Of a stretch of DNA of 64,000 nt, positions 1 to 9,377 are shown piece after piece (positions within the stretch are counted from its first letter, which is position 1; each line of letters opens with the position of its first letter). The DNA is from Escherichia phage 310Ecol104PP, in the sequence record OR062946.1; one strand, 5' to 3'. A program made the position numbers and the translations under genes. Below the pieces are notes generated by a model that was not told where the DNA came from, did no database searches, and saw nothing but the letters and a program-made list of their open reading frames with translations.

Positions 1-983
1 CGTTGCTTCGTGAGATTTTTGACTTTTTCTTGTGCTTTTTCTAGCATCTTTTCAGCTTCTAACACTTCATTGGTCGCTTTAACGAGTTCATCATCTACTG
101 CCTTAAGAGACTTCTCAATCGCATCCGCGTGCCATTTTTCAACAGGTTTAAGACTCGGATTTTCAATAGGAAGAAAATTCGCTTTATTAAATTTCCATGC
201 ATCTTTATTACCTGAGCTATACATCCAAAATTTAGGATCGTTTGATGAGCAATTAGATAAATTTAAGTTATCTTGCACTTCCTGCTTTTTCTCTTGCGTG
301 ACTTCGTCTTTTCTCAAAAAATCATATTTAAATGAAACGATCATATCAAGTTCATATGTTGTTGTATGTTCCCAATTTCGCTCAAAACGAGGTAAAATCT
401 TAGACTGAACAGCGGCAACAACATCCATATACTTAAATGCTTCTGTCAACTGTGATTTAAGGCATTCACAAATTGAAAGAGAATTTTTTGTATTAGGTTT
501 AAAGCTAATTCGTGCAGTTCTATTATTTTCTTTTAACGGTCTTACTTCCATCTGAAGAGTATAACCATCAAATTTCAGATTCTTTAAGTTAATATCAGAG
601 CCTTTTAATCGACTAGCAGTAGACAAAATTTGCTTTAATTGTTTACGAAATAGAGCAATAAATCTCCATTCAATACGATAATGATTTGGATTAAAAAATC
701 CTGTTGATAAATCAACCTTACTCTGACCAACGCCTTGAACAAATAGAGGATTTTTATAATCAATAGTTTTACAGAAATCGGTGAGCTGCTCACGAGCAGT
801 CATTTGTGTAATATATCCCGCTTTACTAAAATGACGTAACCATTCACTGCTATTCATATACTTAAAGTGAATATCACGATTAACTTTATCAGGGTCTAAA
901 TTATTTTGGCACAAAAATGTCATAACATTACGGGTATAGCTGGCATTACGAACCATATCTTCGATTTGAGAACGAGTTTTCAT
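1..983 (-). CDS. hypothetical protein, partial (C-terminus lies beyond window start)
   Basis: ATG at 981-983 preceded by AAGGA; I checked every in-frame triplet down to position 3 and found no stop. Absent from ORF track because incomplete. N-terminus MKTRSQIEDMVRNASYTRNV. Confidence 0.5.
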   Translation of the reverse strand, partial: MKTRSQIEDMVRNASYTRNVMTFLCQNNLDPDKVNRDIHFKYMNSSEWLRHFSKAGYITQMTAREQLTDFCKTIDYKNPLFVQGVGQSKVDLSTGFFNPNHYRIEWRFIALFRKQLKQILSTASRLKGSDINLKNLKFDGYTLQMEVRPLKENNRTARISFKPNTKNSLSICECLKSQLTEAFKYMDVVAAVQSKILPRFERNWEHTTTYELDMIVSFKYDFLRKDEVTQEKKQEVQDNLNLSNCSSNDPKFWMYSSGNKDAWKFNKANFLPIENPSLKPVEKWHADAIEKSLKAVDDELVKATNEVLEAEKMLEKAQEKVKNLTKQ

Positions 984-991
984 GGTGTTCC

Positions 992-1900
992 TTAAGATTT
1001 AAGTAAATCAACAATTTTAATTAATTTTTCACGCTCAGATTTAGCTTTACTACTCAATCCAGATAGTCTGAAAATTTCATCGTCATACTGTTGAATAGAA
1101 ATATTCAGCTCTTCAATTTGCTTATTAAAATAATCAATTTGCTCAGAATGTTTTTCATTACTGCGAACTGGTACAGGTTTTGTAGGCAATTTAGTTAAAC
1201 TGGATTCATCCGGGCGATAAATTAAAATACAACTTGAACCAATCGGGCATTTAGCACCAGACACATATTCTAATGTTCCGGCTTCTTTTAAAACTTCAAA
1301 AGCTAAACAGAGATGATGCCCCATATTAACATAATCTGTAGAGCGAGCTCTGACGTAATAATCATCGCCGCGAATACTAAATTTAAAGCATTTAAGGTCT
1401 TCTGTATTATTGGTCTTAAAAATCATTTGTTTATCTAGACCTTTAGCTAATCGAGCGCCTAATGCTAATAATCGTCGTTGATTTTCCCACAAATCCGCAA
1501 TCATTTGATCGAATGATAATTTCGGCATTAGTCGACCATAAAGGTCATATCCTTTATTATAATTGCGAAGGATTTCACTCGCGTTAATACGAGACAACGC
1601 TCCAATTTTATTAAGGGCTTTCATGATGCGATTAGATAAACCCATTCCAGACCCGTTTGTTCGTTGTAAATGTTTATCTAATCCAAACCCAATATCAACT
1701 TTAAATTTATCTAAAATTTCAGCATGAACATCTCTGTCAATAACATTCAAATCCAAAGTTGGGTTAAATCTATGAAAAAATTTATCTGGCTCTCCACGAC
1801 GAAGTATAGTCCATTCATTCAATTTTTTATTAACTAAAGATTTAATTACTGCATTGACATTATTAATTACTACTGACATATTTTCCTCACTCAATTTCAA
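992..1900 (-). CDS. hypothetical early protein (302 aa)
   Basis: Long ORF in the co-oriented early gene array; tightly packed with neighbours; no motif recognised. Confidence 0.6.
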   Translation of the reverse strand: MKLSEENMSVVINNVNAVIKSLVNKKLNEWTILRRGEPDKFFHRFNPTLDLNVIDRDVHAEILDKFKVDIGFGLDKHLQRTNGSGMGLSNRIMKALNKIGALSRINASEILRNYNKGYDLYGRLMPKLSFDQMIADLWENQRRLLALGARLAKGLDKQMIFKTNNTEDLKCFKFSIRGDDYYVRARSTDYVNMGHHLCLAFEVLKEAGTLEYVSGAKCPIGSSCILIYRPDESSLTKLPTKPVPVRSNEKHSEQIDYFNKQIEELNISIQQYDDEIFRLSGLSSKAKSEREKLIKIVDLLKS

Positions 1901-2294
1901 TTTTACTAAATATACAGAATAAGATGGAACAGACTATATAAGCACCACACACAGATTGAACTAATACCATTCCAAAGAACCAAACAATATTATCAAACAA
2001 TGTCTGTTTTACGTCGAAAGGACGTAAACTTACAGTAATATTATCGCCTTTTTCTATTGATGAATACATCTCTGGTGAAATATATTCGCTAAATCTATAA
2101 CCGTCTTTGAGTTCATATACAGCAATAAACGATAAACTAGACCCCTTTCCTTGAGTTCCTGTAAAGGTATTAACTACAGTAACATCATAATCTTTATAAT
2201 GCATATAATCATTAATTGCGTAATAACTATATGCAACTACTACGCATAAACAACATATCAATAAATTCAATCTTTTAATTATCAACTGTTTCAT
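1887..2294 (-). CDS. small membrane protein (hydrophobic segments at N- and C-terminus)
   Basis: ORF with hydrophobic stretches LLICCLCVVVAYSYYAI and WFFGMVLVQSVCGAYIVCSILFCIF. Confidence 0.5.
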   Translation of the reverse strand: MKQLIIKRLNLLICCLCVVVAYSYYAINDYMHYKDYDVTVVNTFTGTQGKGSSLSFIAVYELKDGYRFSEYISPEMYSSIEKGDNITVSLRPFDVKQTLFDNIVWFFGMVLVQSVCGAYIVCSILFCIFSKIEIE

Positions 2295-2349
2295 AATAAT
2301 CTCAATTAAAAGGGCTTAGAACCATTATACCATCCTTGGTATAAAGCGG

Positions 2350-2877
2350 TTATGCGAGTACCGTCTTTAACCGTTCTTCAAACTTCCGAAGAGTATTTTG
2401 GCGTTCAGCTCTTTGCTTTTTGTAAGTTTCAATACGCTCTGAAATGAGAGTGTATCGTTCATTTACTGATTCTTTCATAAAATCAGGAATTTCACGAGAA
2501 GCTTTAATCTCATCAAATTTATCAATAACAGCTTGCTCTTCAGCAATTAAGTTATCATACATCAAAATATCTTTCTTGATGAACTCAATATCTTCTTGAG
2601 TTACACGAGATAATTTAGATGCTTTATCCTTTTTGTACTGTTCGTTAGTATCACGAGACCAGTGTAATGTACGATTTTTATTCGTATTCTTGTAAATTTC
2701 TACAATACCAATCTCATCGATAATAACGATCCAATTCCAACGAGATTTGTAAATTTGTCCTCCGTCAACCGTGATTTCACCTCCGATTGAGATGTCATTA
2801 AAGAACTTGCTTTGCGCTTCAGATTTAAATTTACCATCGTTGTAATTTACCAGGTTGAAAATATCTTTAGCGTTCAT
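2350..2877 (-). CDS. hypothetical early protein (175 aa)
   Basis: ATG at 2875-2877 (MNAKDIF) preceded by GGAGGAACAC; the longer track ORF translates the promoter leader. Confidence 0.55.
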   Translation of the reverse strand: MNAKDIFNLVNYNDGKFKSEAQSKFFNDISIGGEITVDGGQIYKSRWNWIVIIDEIGIVEIYKNTNKNRTLHWSRDTNEQYKKDKASKLSRVTQEDIEFIKKDILMYDNLIAEEQAVIDKFDEIKASREIPDFMKESVNERYTLISERIETYKKQRAERQNTLRKFEERLKTVLA

Positions 2878-2902
2878 TTTGTGTTCCTCCGTAGTTGATA
2901 GT

Positions 2903-2936
2903 TGTATAGTACCACAGAGGAACGGTCTTGTAAACA
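2903..2936 (-). promoter_or_regulatory. T4-type early promoter (minus strand; -35 GTTTAC, extended -10 TGnTACTAT) with conserved leader
   Basis: Plus-strand gtaaac near 2930 and tatagtacc near 2905; same module recurs upstream of many minus-strand genes. Confidence 0.5.
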
Positions 2937-2937
2937 A

Positions 2938-3252
2938 CTAAAAGAAACTTCTTTCACAATTTTTTCCACTGAACCACGCACTCACTGCTTTCTTAGTCTC
3001 AGGAGCAGTGTTATCCATAAACCATTCAAAGGCAGCCTTTTTATGATTCTGGAGGGCTTCTCGGGCTTTAATCTGCTCACGGTCTATTAACACTAACATA
3101 TGAGCCTTTCTTGTCACCAGGGGCTTCTTATGATTTTTTGAATACTCCCAATCATTTGTCCATCGCATCGTTGTTGCGAATTGAAGTACAGCTTCCTTAA
3201 TCTTAGTTTCGTAAATTTCACGAGCCTTTGAGTATAACATCACTACCTCCAT
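2938..3252 (-). CDS. hypothetical protein (104 aa)
   Basis: ORF in early array; no motif recognised. Confidence 0.45.
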   Translation of the reverse strand: MEVVMLYSKAREIYETKIKEAVLQFATTMRWTNDWEYSKNHKKPLVTRKAHMLVLIDREQIKAREALQNHKKAAFEWFMDNTAPETKKAVSAWFSGKNCERSFF

Positions 3253-3341
3253 TTACCAGTTTAATTCTAGTCATCTTTTTGATGGCAGTCCATATAATCT
3301 ATTTCTGAACTGCCTTTTTGTCATAGAAGTCCTCTTATGAA

Positions 3342-4310
3342 TTATTTCAGAAGAGTAACCTCAGCGATTTCTTCCCAACCGTTTTTGTCGGTCATAATAA
3401 AGTCAGCAAGATAAAGAGCAGTACGCAGTGAAACATTGCGTAAACGATTAACATTGAATTTCATCCATGATAATGCTTTATAAGTTTCTTCATCAGAAAG
3501 ACCGCGTTTTTGCATCATGTCAGTTGAAAGAATAACATCTTCAACCCTGACCATAATTTCTTCATTAGTGTGAACACCCAAATCCAAATAAACTGAGCGG
3601 GACACTAGCGCTTGTAAATGTGGAGCAAGTTTAGTACCACGGTCTAATTCGCGGTCAATGTCAACGTTTGTGATAAAAACAATCGTTCCTTTAAATTCAA
3701 ACTCACGGTCAATGCCTTTTTCTTCTAAGTAAGAAGATGCAGTGCTCCAGCAGACTTTACGGGTCTCTCCAGTGTCCAGAGCAGCTTTCAGAAGATTAAG
3801 AATGTCCATATCAGAGAAAACATCCACATCATCAATCAAAAGGACAGAATTCTCTTCACGATTATTCCAAAGCTGCTCATAAAGACCGATACCAGAGATT
3901 TTACCATTAATGCTTTTATACTCAATGTATCCAATATCATTTGCTTTATTCAAAGCTTTATCTAAAGAATACGTTTTACCAATACCTGCCGCACCAGAGA
4001 TAATTAATGAACGAATATTTCCGTTAATAATACCATTCGTCATCATTCCCATAACATTAAATCTTTTATTAATGCGGGTTTTCATATCTTCATATGATTC
4101 TTTAACTTCTTCAACTTTTACACCATCATATGAAATGTCTGATTTGTAAACCCAAACACCACGACGTTTACCATCAATTTCAACAAAAACTTTACCATCT
4201 CCTTGTGCATCTACCGGAGCATTATCTGGGAACCATTCGCCTAAGAGCTCAAAAGTTCCAGAGATTTCTTTACCGAAGTAGATACCCTTATTGATAGTTA
4301 CAGTTTTCAT
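3342..4310 (-). CDS. P-loop NTPase (AAA-like ATPase)
   Basis: Walker A SGAAGIGKT and Walker B-like VLLIDDVD in the 322 aa translation; ATG at 4308-4310 preceded by GGAG. Confidence 0.7.
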   Translation of the reverse strand: MKTVTINKGIYFGKEISGTFELLGEWFPDNAPVDAQGDGKVFVEIDGKRRGVWVYKSDISYDGVKVEEVKESYEDMKTRINKRFNVMGMMTNGIINGNIRSLIISGAAGIGKTYSLDKALNKANDIGYIEYKSINGKISGIGLYEQLWNNREENSVLLIDDVDVFSDMDILNLLKAALDTGETRKVCWSTASSYLEEKGIDREFEFKGTIVFITNVDIDRELDRGTKLAPHLQALVSRSVYLDLGVHTNEEIMVRVEDVILSTDMMQKRGLSDEETYKALSWMKFNVNRLRNVSLRTALYLADFIMTDKNGWEEIAEVTLLK

Positions 4311-4367
4311 TTTATTCTCCTTTGATTTGATAGGACTACTATAACATAGTCCTATCAGTTTGTATAC

Positions 4368-4568
4368 TTATTTTGACATTTCTTCGATGTCACGACGATA
4401 CCCGTCACGAACTTCACGAAGAGCTTCAAGGCCACACATAGGCTCGATACCAGTAATGTGAACTTGATTAATCTGATACTCTACATCTTCTAACTGAGCG
4501 AAAACATAACGACGTTCAGCTGCACAACCAGATTTAGCTTTACCGAAACGTTTATTCAAAGTAGTCAT
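4368..4568 (-). CDS. small hypothetical protein (66 aa)
   Basis: ORF directly downstream of an early promoter module. Confidence 0.4.
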   Translation of the reverse strand: MTTLNKRFGKAKSGCAAERRYVFAQLEDVEYQINQVHITGIEPMCGLEALREVRDGYRRDIEEMSK

Positions 4569-4605
4569 TTTGTATCTCCAATTTACTCATTTGTTTTGAT
4601 AGGTC

Positions 4606-4637
4606 TATAGTATCAACAACTACAGACCATGTAAACC
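4606..4637 (-). promoter_or_regulatory. T4-type early promoter (minus strand)
   Basis: gtaaac at 4631-4636 and tatagtatc near 4608 on plus strand. Confidence 0.5.
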
Positions 4638-4654
4638 GTTTTGTGAAAAATTTT

Positions 4655-4684
4655 TGAAATAAAAAAGGGAGCCCGAAGGCTCCC
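4655..4684 (-). terminator. rho-independent terminator (minus strand)
   Basis: GC hairpin gggagcccgaaggctccc followed on the minus strand by a T-run; immediately 3' of the nucleotidyltransferase gene. Confidence 0.6.
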
Positions 4685-4686
4685 TA

Positions 4687-5700
4687 TCATTTATAATAAC
4701 TTCGGTGGTTTTCAAGATAGACCTTCTCAAGGAAGTCATCCCAGAAACTCATGTCTACTGTTTTAGGCATACCGTTCTTAGAAGCTTCAGTAGATGCTGC
4801 TTCTACTTGATCGACCACATCTTCCAAAAACTCTTGAACTGTTTTAAATGGATGTTTACCCAACTTCACGTCGAGAATAAATGGAGCATCTTGAAGTGGA
4901 TAGACTAAGTCACCAGTTTTGTAAATTTCCAATAGTTGGAGTCCACCACGACAAGCATGACTTAGTGCTTTCCAATCAATGCCTTCATTGGCTTCGGCCT
5001 TACGAGCACGTTCACCGTATTCAGCATCTAATTTGTTCAGTGACTGCTTAAGCTCAATAAGAGAAAGCGTTGTCTGATATTTACGACCCAACACAGTGTA
5101 GAACGTTTGTGGGCCTGTTTTCTCATGATTATGGAACACCCATTCACAGAATTCGTTTTCTGGAAGACGATGCTTAATATCTTCAACTTTAGTACGACGC
5201 TGCTTAATGGAACCGTCTTCTTGGTAATCAACCCATTGCTCAGGGATTTGATTAACTACTTTCAATACATCACGTAATGCAGCCAAACGAGAACCCTTGA
5301 CGCCGTATTTAGAAGCTTGCTTGCGGACATATCCTAAATATGATTTCATGTTAGTCGTATAAAAACGAGAACGGTTGTCTTGAATAAACTTCCACACATC
5401 AGGCAAATCGGATTTAACCACTAGTTCAGGTGGAGTGTGAAGCATATCCAACGCTACAGTTTCACCATCTGCTGCTAATTTAAAGAAATATTTAAGACTG
5501 TATAGTTCATGGTCAATATCATCTTTAGTGTTTTTAGATGATGTATTGTTAGTATTTTTACTCATATGCTCTTTAACATTTCCGATAAGAATATCACGAG
5601 CAGGAGGAACAAAGATTTCTTTAAAATCTACATCAGATTCTGGGGTAGAAGTTCCATAAAGATGACTACCAAAATAGCTTTTCATTACTGTTTTCATCAT
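4687..5700 (-). CDS. Pol-beta superfamily nucleotidyltransferase-fold protein
   Basis: N-terminal motif YFGSHLYGTSTPESDVDFKEIF (GS ... DxD) with a downstream acidic residue (ALDML); 337 aa. Confidence 0.6.
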   Translation of the reverse strand: MMKTVMKSYFGSHLYGTSTPESDVDFKEIFVPPARDILIGNVKEHMSKNTNNTSSKNTKDDIDHELYSLKYFFKLAADGETVALDMLHTPPELVVKSDLPDVWKFIQDNRSRFYTTNMKSYLGYVRKQASKYGVKGSRLAALRDVLKVVNQIPEQWVDYQEDGSIKQRRTKVEDIKHRLPENEFCEWVFHNHEKTGPQTFYTVLGRKYQTTLSLIELKQSLNKLDAEYGERARKAEANEGIDWKALSHACRGGLQLLEIYKTGDLVYPLQDAPFILDVKLGKHPFKTVQEFLEDVVDQVEAASTEASKNGMPKTVDMSFWDDFLEKVYLENHRSYYK

Positions 5701-6158
5701 TCAGCCTTATATTCAATAACAGGACATACTTTAGCTTTACGAGCTTTTAAAAATTCAACGATAACCGATTTCTTGGGTTGAATAGGAGGTAAACCTTTAT
5801 ACGCCCTATCAATATTTTCTACGTGTAAAGCATAATCCTTTTTCCATTTATAATCTTTATATTTTTCACGCAAATGTGCAGGAATAACAAATGAACCGAT
5901 AATAAGTAAAACAACCAAAAGCGCAAGTATAAATGCTGATGGAAGCAAAGTCCATAAACTACCAAAAATAATCCAACGTTGTAGGCTTTCTGCACAAATA
6001 ATTGTTAGCCCTACGAGTATAGCACATCCAAAAATAGAAACGAAAAATGTAGGAATGGCAATAGACCAAAAATATGCGCACAGTGTCTTAGGTCGTTGCC
6101 ATTCATCGTTAAACAATTTGAATAATTTATAGTGCCAAGAGTTTTCATTAATAATCAT
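5697..6158 (-). CDS. two-pass transmembrane protein (153 aa)
   Basis: Two long hydrophobic helices (FWSIAIPTFFVSIFGCAILVGLTIICA; LLPSAFILALLVVLLIIGSFVIP); stop overlaps start of the nucleotidyltransferase gene. Confidence 0.55.
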   Translation of the reverse strand: MIINENSWHYKLFKLFNDEWQRPKTLCAYFWSIAIPTFFVSIFGCAILVGLTIICAESLQRWIIFGSLWTLLPSAFILALLVVLLIIGSFVIPAHLREKYKDYKWKKDYALHVENIDRAYKGLPPIQPKKSVIVEFLKARKAKVCPVIEYKAE

Positions 6159-6160
6159 AA

Positions 6161-6682
6161 TTATCCTTTCATTGAAGGCGTAACGGTTGTTAAATACTTA
6201 ATCATAGCTTCAGCTTCTGATTTTGATAGTGAAATTTCTTCACCGTTTTGGCGAATAGAAACAAAATCTGGATGACGATCACCACCAGCTTTTAAAACAC
6301 ACATATAAGTATCAGCTTCGCCTTCAATATTTGAAATGATTGAAGCAGTTCCACATGAATGCGGTTTTTGATAAATCAATACAGCTTTTCTTCCACCATT
6401 TGACTGTTCATAGGCTTTTAATACATCAAGCAAATCAGTTCTTTTATCAATAGCTAAGATGTTATTTTCATCTTCAATATTAAATCCTTCGGATACTTCA
6501 TAAAGAGTTACCCATAAATCACCGATGTCAATAACAGCATTTACTTTTCCACGGCTTTCAAGAGTATGACAAATTTTCTTGATTTCGTCATAACTCATTT
6601 TAATAATATCATCTCCTTGACTAAGGAAGATGTCATTTTTAAATTCAACACGAATTAAACCGCTTCCACTTGAAATAAACAT
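6161..6682 (-). CDS. hypothetical protein, paralog A (173 aa)
   Basis: C-terminus SKSEAEAMIKYLTTVTPSM resembles C-terminus of the adjacent ORF. Confidence 0.5.
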   Translation of the reverse strand: MFISSGSGLIRVEFKNDIFLSQGDDIIKMSYDEIKKICHTLESRGKVNAVIDIGDLWVTLYEVSEGFNIEDENNILAIDKRTDLLDVLKAYEQSNGGRKAVLIYQKPHSCGTASIISNIEGEADTYMCVLKAGGDRHPDFVSIRQNGEEISLSKSEAEAMIKYLTTVTPSMKG

Positions 6683-6688
6683 ATTTCC

Positions 6689-7243
6689 TCACTTTGAAAT
6701 CATAGTTGGAATAACAGAATCAAGATAAGTCTTTAGTGCAATAGCTTCGTCTTTGGTAAATGTGACAATATGTGCTCGAGAATCATCAATTTGACGAATA
6801 GTTAAGACATCTCCATCTTCATAACATTTTGATACGTTTAAAACAGTTTCATCATTCTGATTGCAAGCGTTAGTAATAATAGCATTGCAATTTTTAAACC
6901 ATTTTAAACTATGTTTTCTTTCATTAGAATAATAAAAATATTTAATCTTATCTATAAAACTATCCCAATGGATAACTGATAAGCATATTGACTCGCTTTC
7001 AATATTAAATCCTGGGCATGAAGAATAAAAATGAATTTTATGCTCATCATTAATGCTTACAATTTTATCAGTATAAGGATTTTCAATTTGGGTTAAATGA
7101 ATGATTTCACTAGGCGTAAAATATAACATATCGTCTTCTTGTGTCAAACGATACATATTATTTACTTTTTCTATAGCCAATTCACCAAAAAGTGAACTAA
7201 CTTCTAATACTAATCGTTTCATATTAATCCTTTTTATTGGCAC
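6689..7243 (-). CDS. hypothetical protein, paralog B (184 aa)
   Basis: C-terminus TKDEAIALKTYLDSVIPTM resembles the adjacent 173 aa ORF. Confidence 0.5.
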   Translation of the reverse strand: MPIKRINMKRLVLEVSSLFGELAIEKVNNMYRLTQEDDMLYFTPSEIIHLTQIENPYTDKIVSINDEHKIHFYSSCPGFNIESESICLSVIHWDSFIDKIKYFYYSNERKHSLKWFKNCNAIITNACNQNDETVLNVSKCYEDGDVLTIRQIDDSRAHIVTFTKDEAIALKTYLDSVIPTMISK

Positions 7244-7502
7244 GAATTTGTTCTAAAATTTTAGAGTATTCCTTTGTATCAGATTTACGTACAATCGATA
7301 CACTATACGGCATACTATCGGTGTCTTTTATAAAGCGTTCCAAATGACACTCTAATAAAATTTCTGGATTATAAATCGTGTACATCAAATTACCTGTTGC
7401 TCCACGATATTGACAGATTTCTACTGATTGAACACCATTCCATAATTTTGTTAAGACCAAATCACCTACTTCTAATTTAGGAAAGCCCATGTTATTCACC
7501 AA
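7224..7502 (-). CDS. hypothetical protein (92 aa)
   Basis: ORF in early array. Confidence 0.4.
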   Translation of the reverse strand: MVNNMGFPKLEVGDLVLTKLWNGVQSVEICQYRGATGNLMYTIYNPEILLECHLERFIKDTDSMPYSVSIVRKSDTKEYSKILEQIRANKKD

Positions 7503-7677
7503 TTAAAGTTTCAATATAAGAATCAAGATTTACTTTAGCTTCTTCCATAAGAGTTTTGTATTTAATCTTGTTAGCATGTCCGGAGAAAGCTGATTCATCA
7601 ATAACTGTTGATGTATGAACAGCTCTACTATACGTCTCAATTAATTCTCTTAATTTAAAAGCCTGCTCACTTGTCAT
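7492..7677 (-). CDS. small hypothetical protein (61 aa)
   Basis: ORF downstream of an early promoter module. Confidence 0.35.
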   Translation of the reverse strand: MTSEQAFKLRELIETYSRAVHTSTVIDESAFSGHANKIKYKTLMEEAKVNLDSYIETLIGE

Positions 7678-7808
7678 TACATACTCCTTTGAATCATATC
7701 AATAATATTGTTCACCAGATTATAGGTAAACATTGGGTAATTATATTGAATCATCACATATATAACAAACAAAACTTTCATTCTCTTCTCCTTGACAGTT
7801 GACAAGAT

Positions 7809-7840
7809 TACTATACCATAACCTTGCCAACTTGTAAACC
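7809..7840 (-). promoter_or_regulatory. T4-type early promoter (minus strand)
   Basis: gtaaac at about 7834-7839 and ctatacc near 7811. Confidence 0.45.
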
Positions 7841-8004
7841 GTTAAATGTTGTTTTCAATAAAATTCTGAAGCTTTGTGTGAGCATCAACCATGATTTTCA
7901 TTTCTTCCTTTGCGAAAGCTGTACCTCTTTCCCGAGCAGAATACTCATAGTCAGAAACTGCATTAGCATATTCTTCAATTAGCTTCATTAAAAACATCTG
8001 CTTT

Positions 8005-8199
8005 TCAGTTTTCATTATTCCACCTAATCATTTCAAGATATTGAACTAACTTAGCTTTAGATTTATCCAAATCCTTTTTAGCTGCTTCTATACCGTCGTA
8101 TGAATATCCTTCACAATGCTCAACTGCTAATTGATATGAATCTATTTCAATATCACGTGCTAATTTAATGATTTTTTCAAACTGTTCGCGTGTTAGCAT
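8005..8199 (-). CDS. small hypothetical protein (64 aa)
   Basis: ORF in early array. Confidence 0.4.
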   Translation of the reverse strand: MLTREQFEKIIKLARDIEIDSYQLAVEHCEGYSYDGIEAAKKDLDKSKAKLVQYLEMIRWNNEN

Positions 8200-8201
8200 A
8201 A

Positions 8202-8405
8202 TTAAACTCTCGTATTATGATCGATAATTTCATCAAGAAACATATCTAACGCTTCTAAAGCATTATCAACTTTAGTTTCAAAGTCTTTAATGCCTTTATT
8301 CGAAATACCCGATGAATACCAAGCAAAGTCAATCAGCTCTTCATCTGCTTTACGAATTGAAGCCACTAATTCCTTGATTTTATCTGCTTGCTCTATACTA
8401 ATCAT
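8202..8405 (-). CDS. small hypothetical protein (67 aa)
   Basis: ATG at 8403-8405 (MISIEQ) preceded by GGTGGAA. Confidence 0.4.
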   Translation of the reverse strand: MISIEQADKIKELVASIRKADEELIDFAWYSSGISNKGIKDFETKVDNALEALDMFLDEIIDHNTRV

Positions 8406-8593
8406 TATTCCACCACATATGACAGAGAGAATATTGCACACGCCATATGCGTTGCAGCTTCATCACACATATTATAACGTTTCTTCAAAACTTCAACAAG
8501 TTCTTCACTAGTAACTTCATCCATGTCGACGAAAAAATCACCATTAATGATGACGTAGATATTTCCTTCTTGATTGAGTGCTTCAATTTTCAT
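8405..8593 (-). CDS. small hypothetical protein (62 aa)
   Basis: ATG at 8591-8593 (MKIEALNQ) preceded by AGAGGAGAA; the longer track ORF translates the promoter leader. Confidence 0.4.
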   Translation of the reverse strand: MKIEALNQEGNIYVIINGDFFVDMDEVTSEELVEVLKKRYNMCDEAATHMACAIFSLSYVVE

Positions 8594-8618
8594 GATGTTC
8601 TCCTCTTTATTCGATAGT

Positions 8619-8652
8619 TGTATAGTACCACAACTCAAACGGAAAGTAAACC
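8619..8652 (-). promoter_or_regulatory. T4-type early promoter (minus strand)
   Basis: gtaaac at about 8646-8651 and tatagtacc at 8621-8629. Confidence 0.5.
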
Positions 8653-8659
8653 GGTAAAA

Positions 8660-8684
8660 TGAAAAAAGTCTCCCGAAGGAGACT
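8660..8684 (-). terminator. rho-independent terminator (minus strand)
   Basis: Hairpin agtctcccgaaggagact followed on the minus strand by a T-run; 3' of the 128 aa ORF. Confidence 0.55.
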
Positions 8685-8688
8685 AATG

Positions 8689-9075
8689 TTATTCGAGGGA
8701 AAGAAGATACTTACTCTGGTAAAACATTCCAGTAATATCATCTATCGTGCTTTGAATGGCTGGAGGCATTTCTTTATAAATGCTGTTAGATTGGTCTAGT
8801 ATGCGATCAATCATTTTAATTGTGTCGGTAGGAAGTTTACTGGCATCTGGAATTGAAGGTGTGTATTTTCTACCAGAATACCCCAAATATTGCTCACCAA
8901 ATTTATCAATCAAATCTGGCAACTCGGAGAAAATAAAATCGTATGCTTTGTGTCTAGCATAACTTTTAGTTTCAAAATGTGCAGAATGAAAATAAGCTTG
9001 TGCAGCCATTAATAAACCTAAGTATTCATCTGCCTTTGAAGGTTTTCCACTTTGTGAAAAGTCGCTGAATTTCAT
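8689..9075 (-). CDS. hypothetical protein at the position of T4 rI.-1 (128 aa)
   Basis: Directly downstream of rI in transcription order; assignment by synteny only. Confidence 0.55.
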   Translation of the reverse strand: MKFSDFSQSGKPSKADEYLGLLMAAQAYFHSAHFETKSYARHKAYDFIFSELPDLIDKFGEQYLGYSGRKYTPSIPDASKLPTDTIKMIDRILDQSNSIYKEMPPAIQSTIDDITGMFYQSKYLLSLE

Positions 9076-9365
9076 TCAGTCTCCAATTTAATGTTCATAA
9101 TTCTAGCGTATGATTGTGCCATCTCCGCGCCTCGTTCTATACATTCAAAATCAGAAGAGCACGGGTCATTTTTATAGGTCGTTCTCATAAAACTATAGAA
9201 TTGTTCAGACGATTCTACGCTTTTATTTTCAAAAAGCATATAAACATGTCTAATACCAGATTCCATAAATTTATCAAAATGAGGATCGACATTCGCTTCA
9301 ATCGATGGAGATAAAACAAATGACAATCCTAGCATGGCAAATAGTGCCGTTGCTTTTAAGGCCAT
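9072..9365 (-). CDS. rI: lysis inhibition regulator RI (membrane-anchored periplasmic protein)
   Basis: 97 aa with N-terminal signal-anchor MALKATALFAMLGLSFVLSPSIEA; adjacent to tk as in T4. Confidence 0.8.
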   Translation of the reverse strand: MALKATALFAMLGLSFVLSPSIEANVDPHFDKFMESGIRHVYMLFENKSVESSEQFYSFMRTTYKNDPCSSDFECIERGAEMAQSYARIMNIKLETE

Positions 9366-9377
9366 AAAGGCCTCCTA

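Noticed and set aside
10-408. Plus-strand ORF of 132 aa at the window start
   Set aside because: Antisense to the open minus-strand reading frame running from 983 to the window edge; low-complexity Ser/Leu-rich translation; no RBS. Considered a shadow ORF.
4320-4380. Inverted repeat taggact ... agtccta upstream of the ATPase gene as a promoter or operator
   Set aside because: Lacks the GTTTAC element seen in the other early promoters and is not followed by a T-run; could be an RNA processing structure but evidence is insufficient to annotate.
4687-5700. Calling the nucleotidyltransferase-fold gene a bona fide CBASS CD-NTase
   Set aside because: Only the minimal GS ... DxD signature is visible; no Cap accessory genes or recognised effector domain nearby. 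Kept as a hypothesis in findings, not as an annotation.
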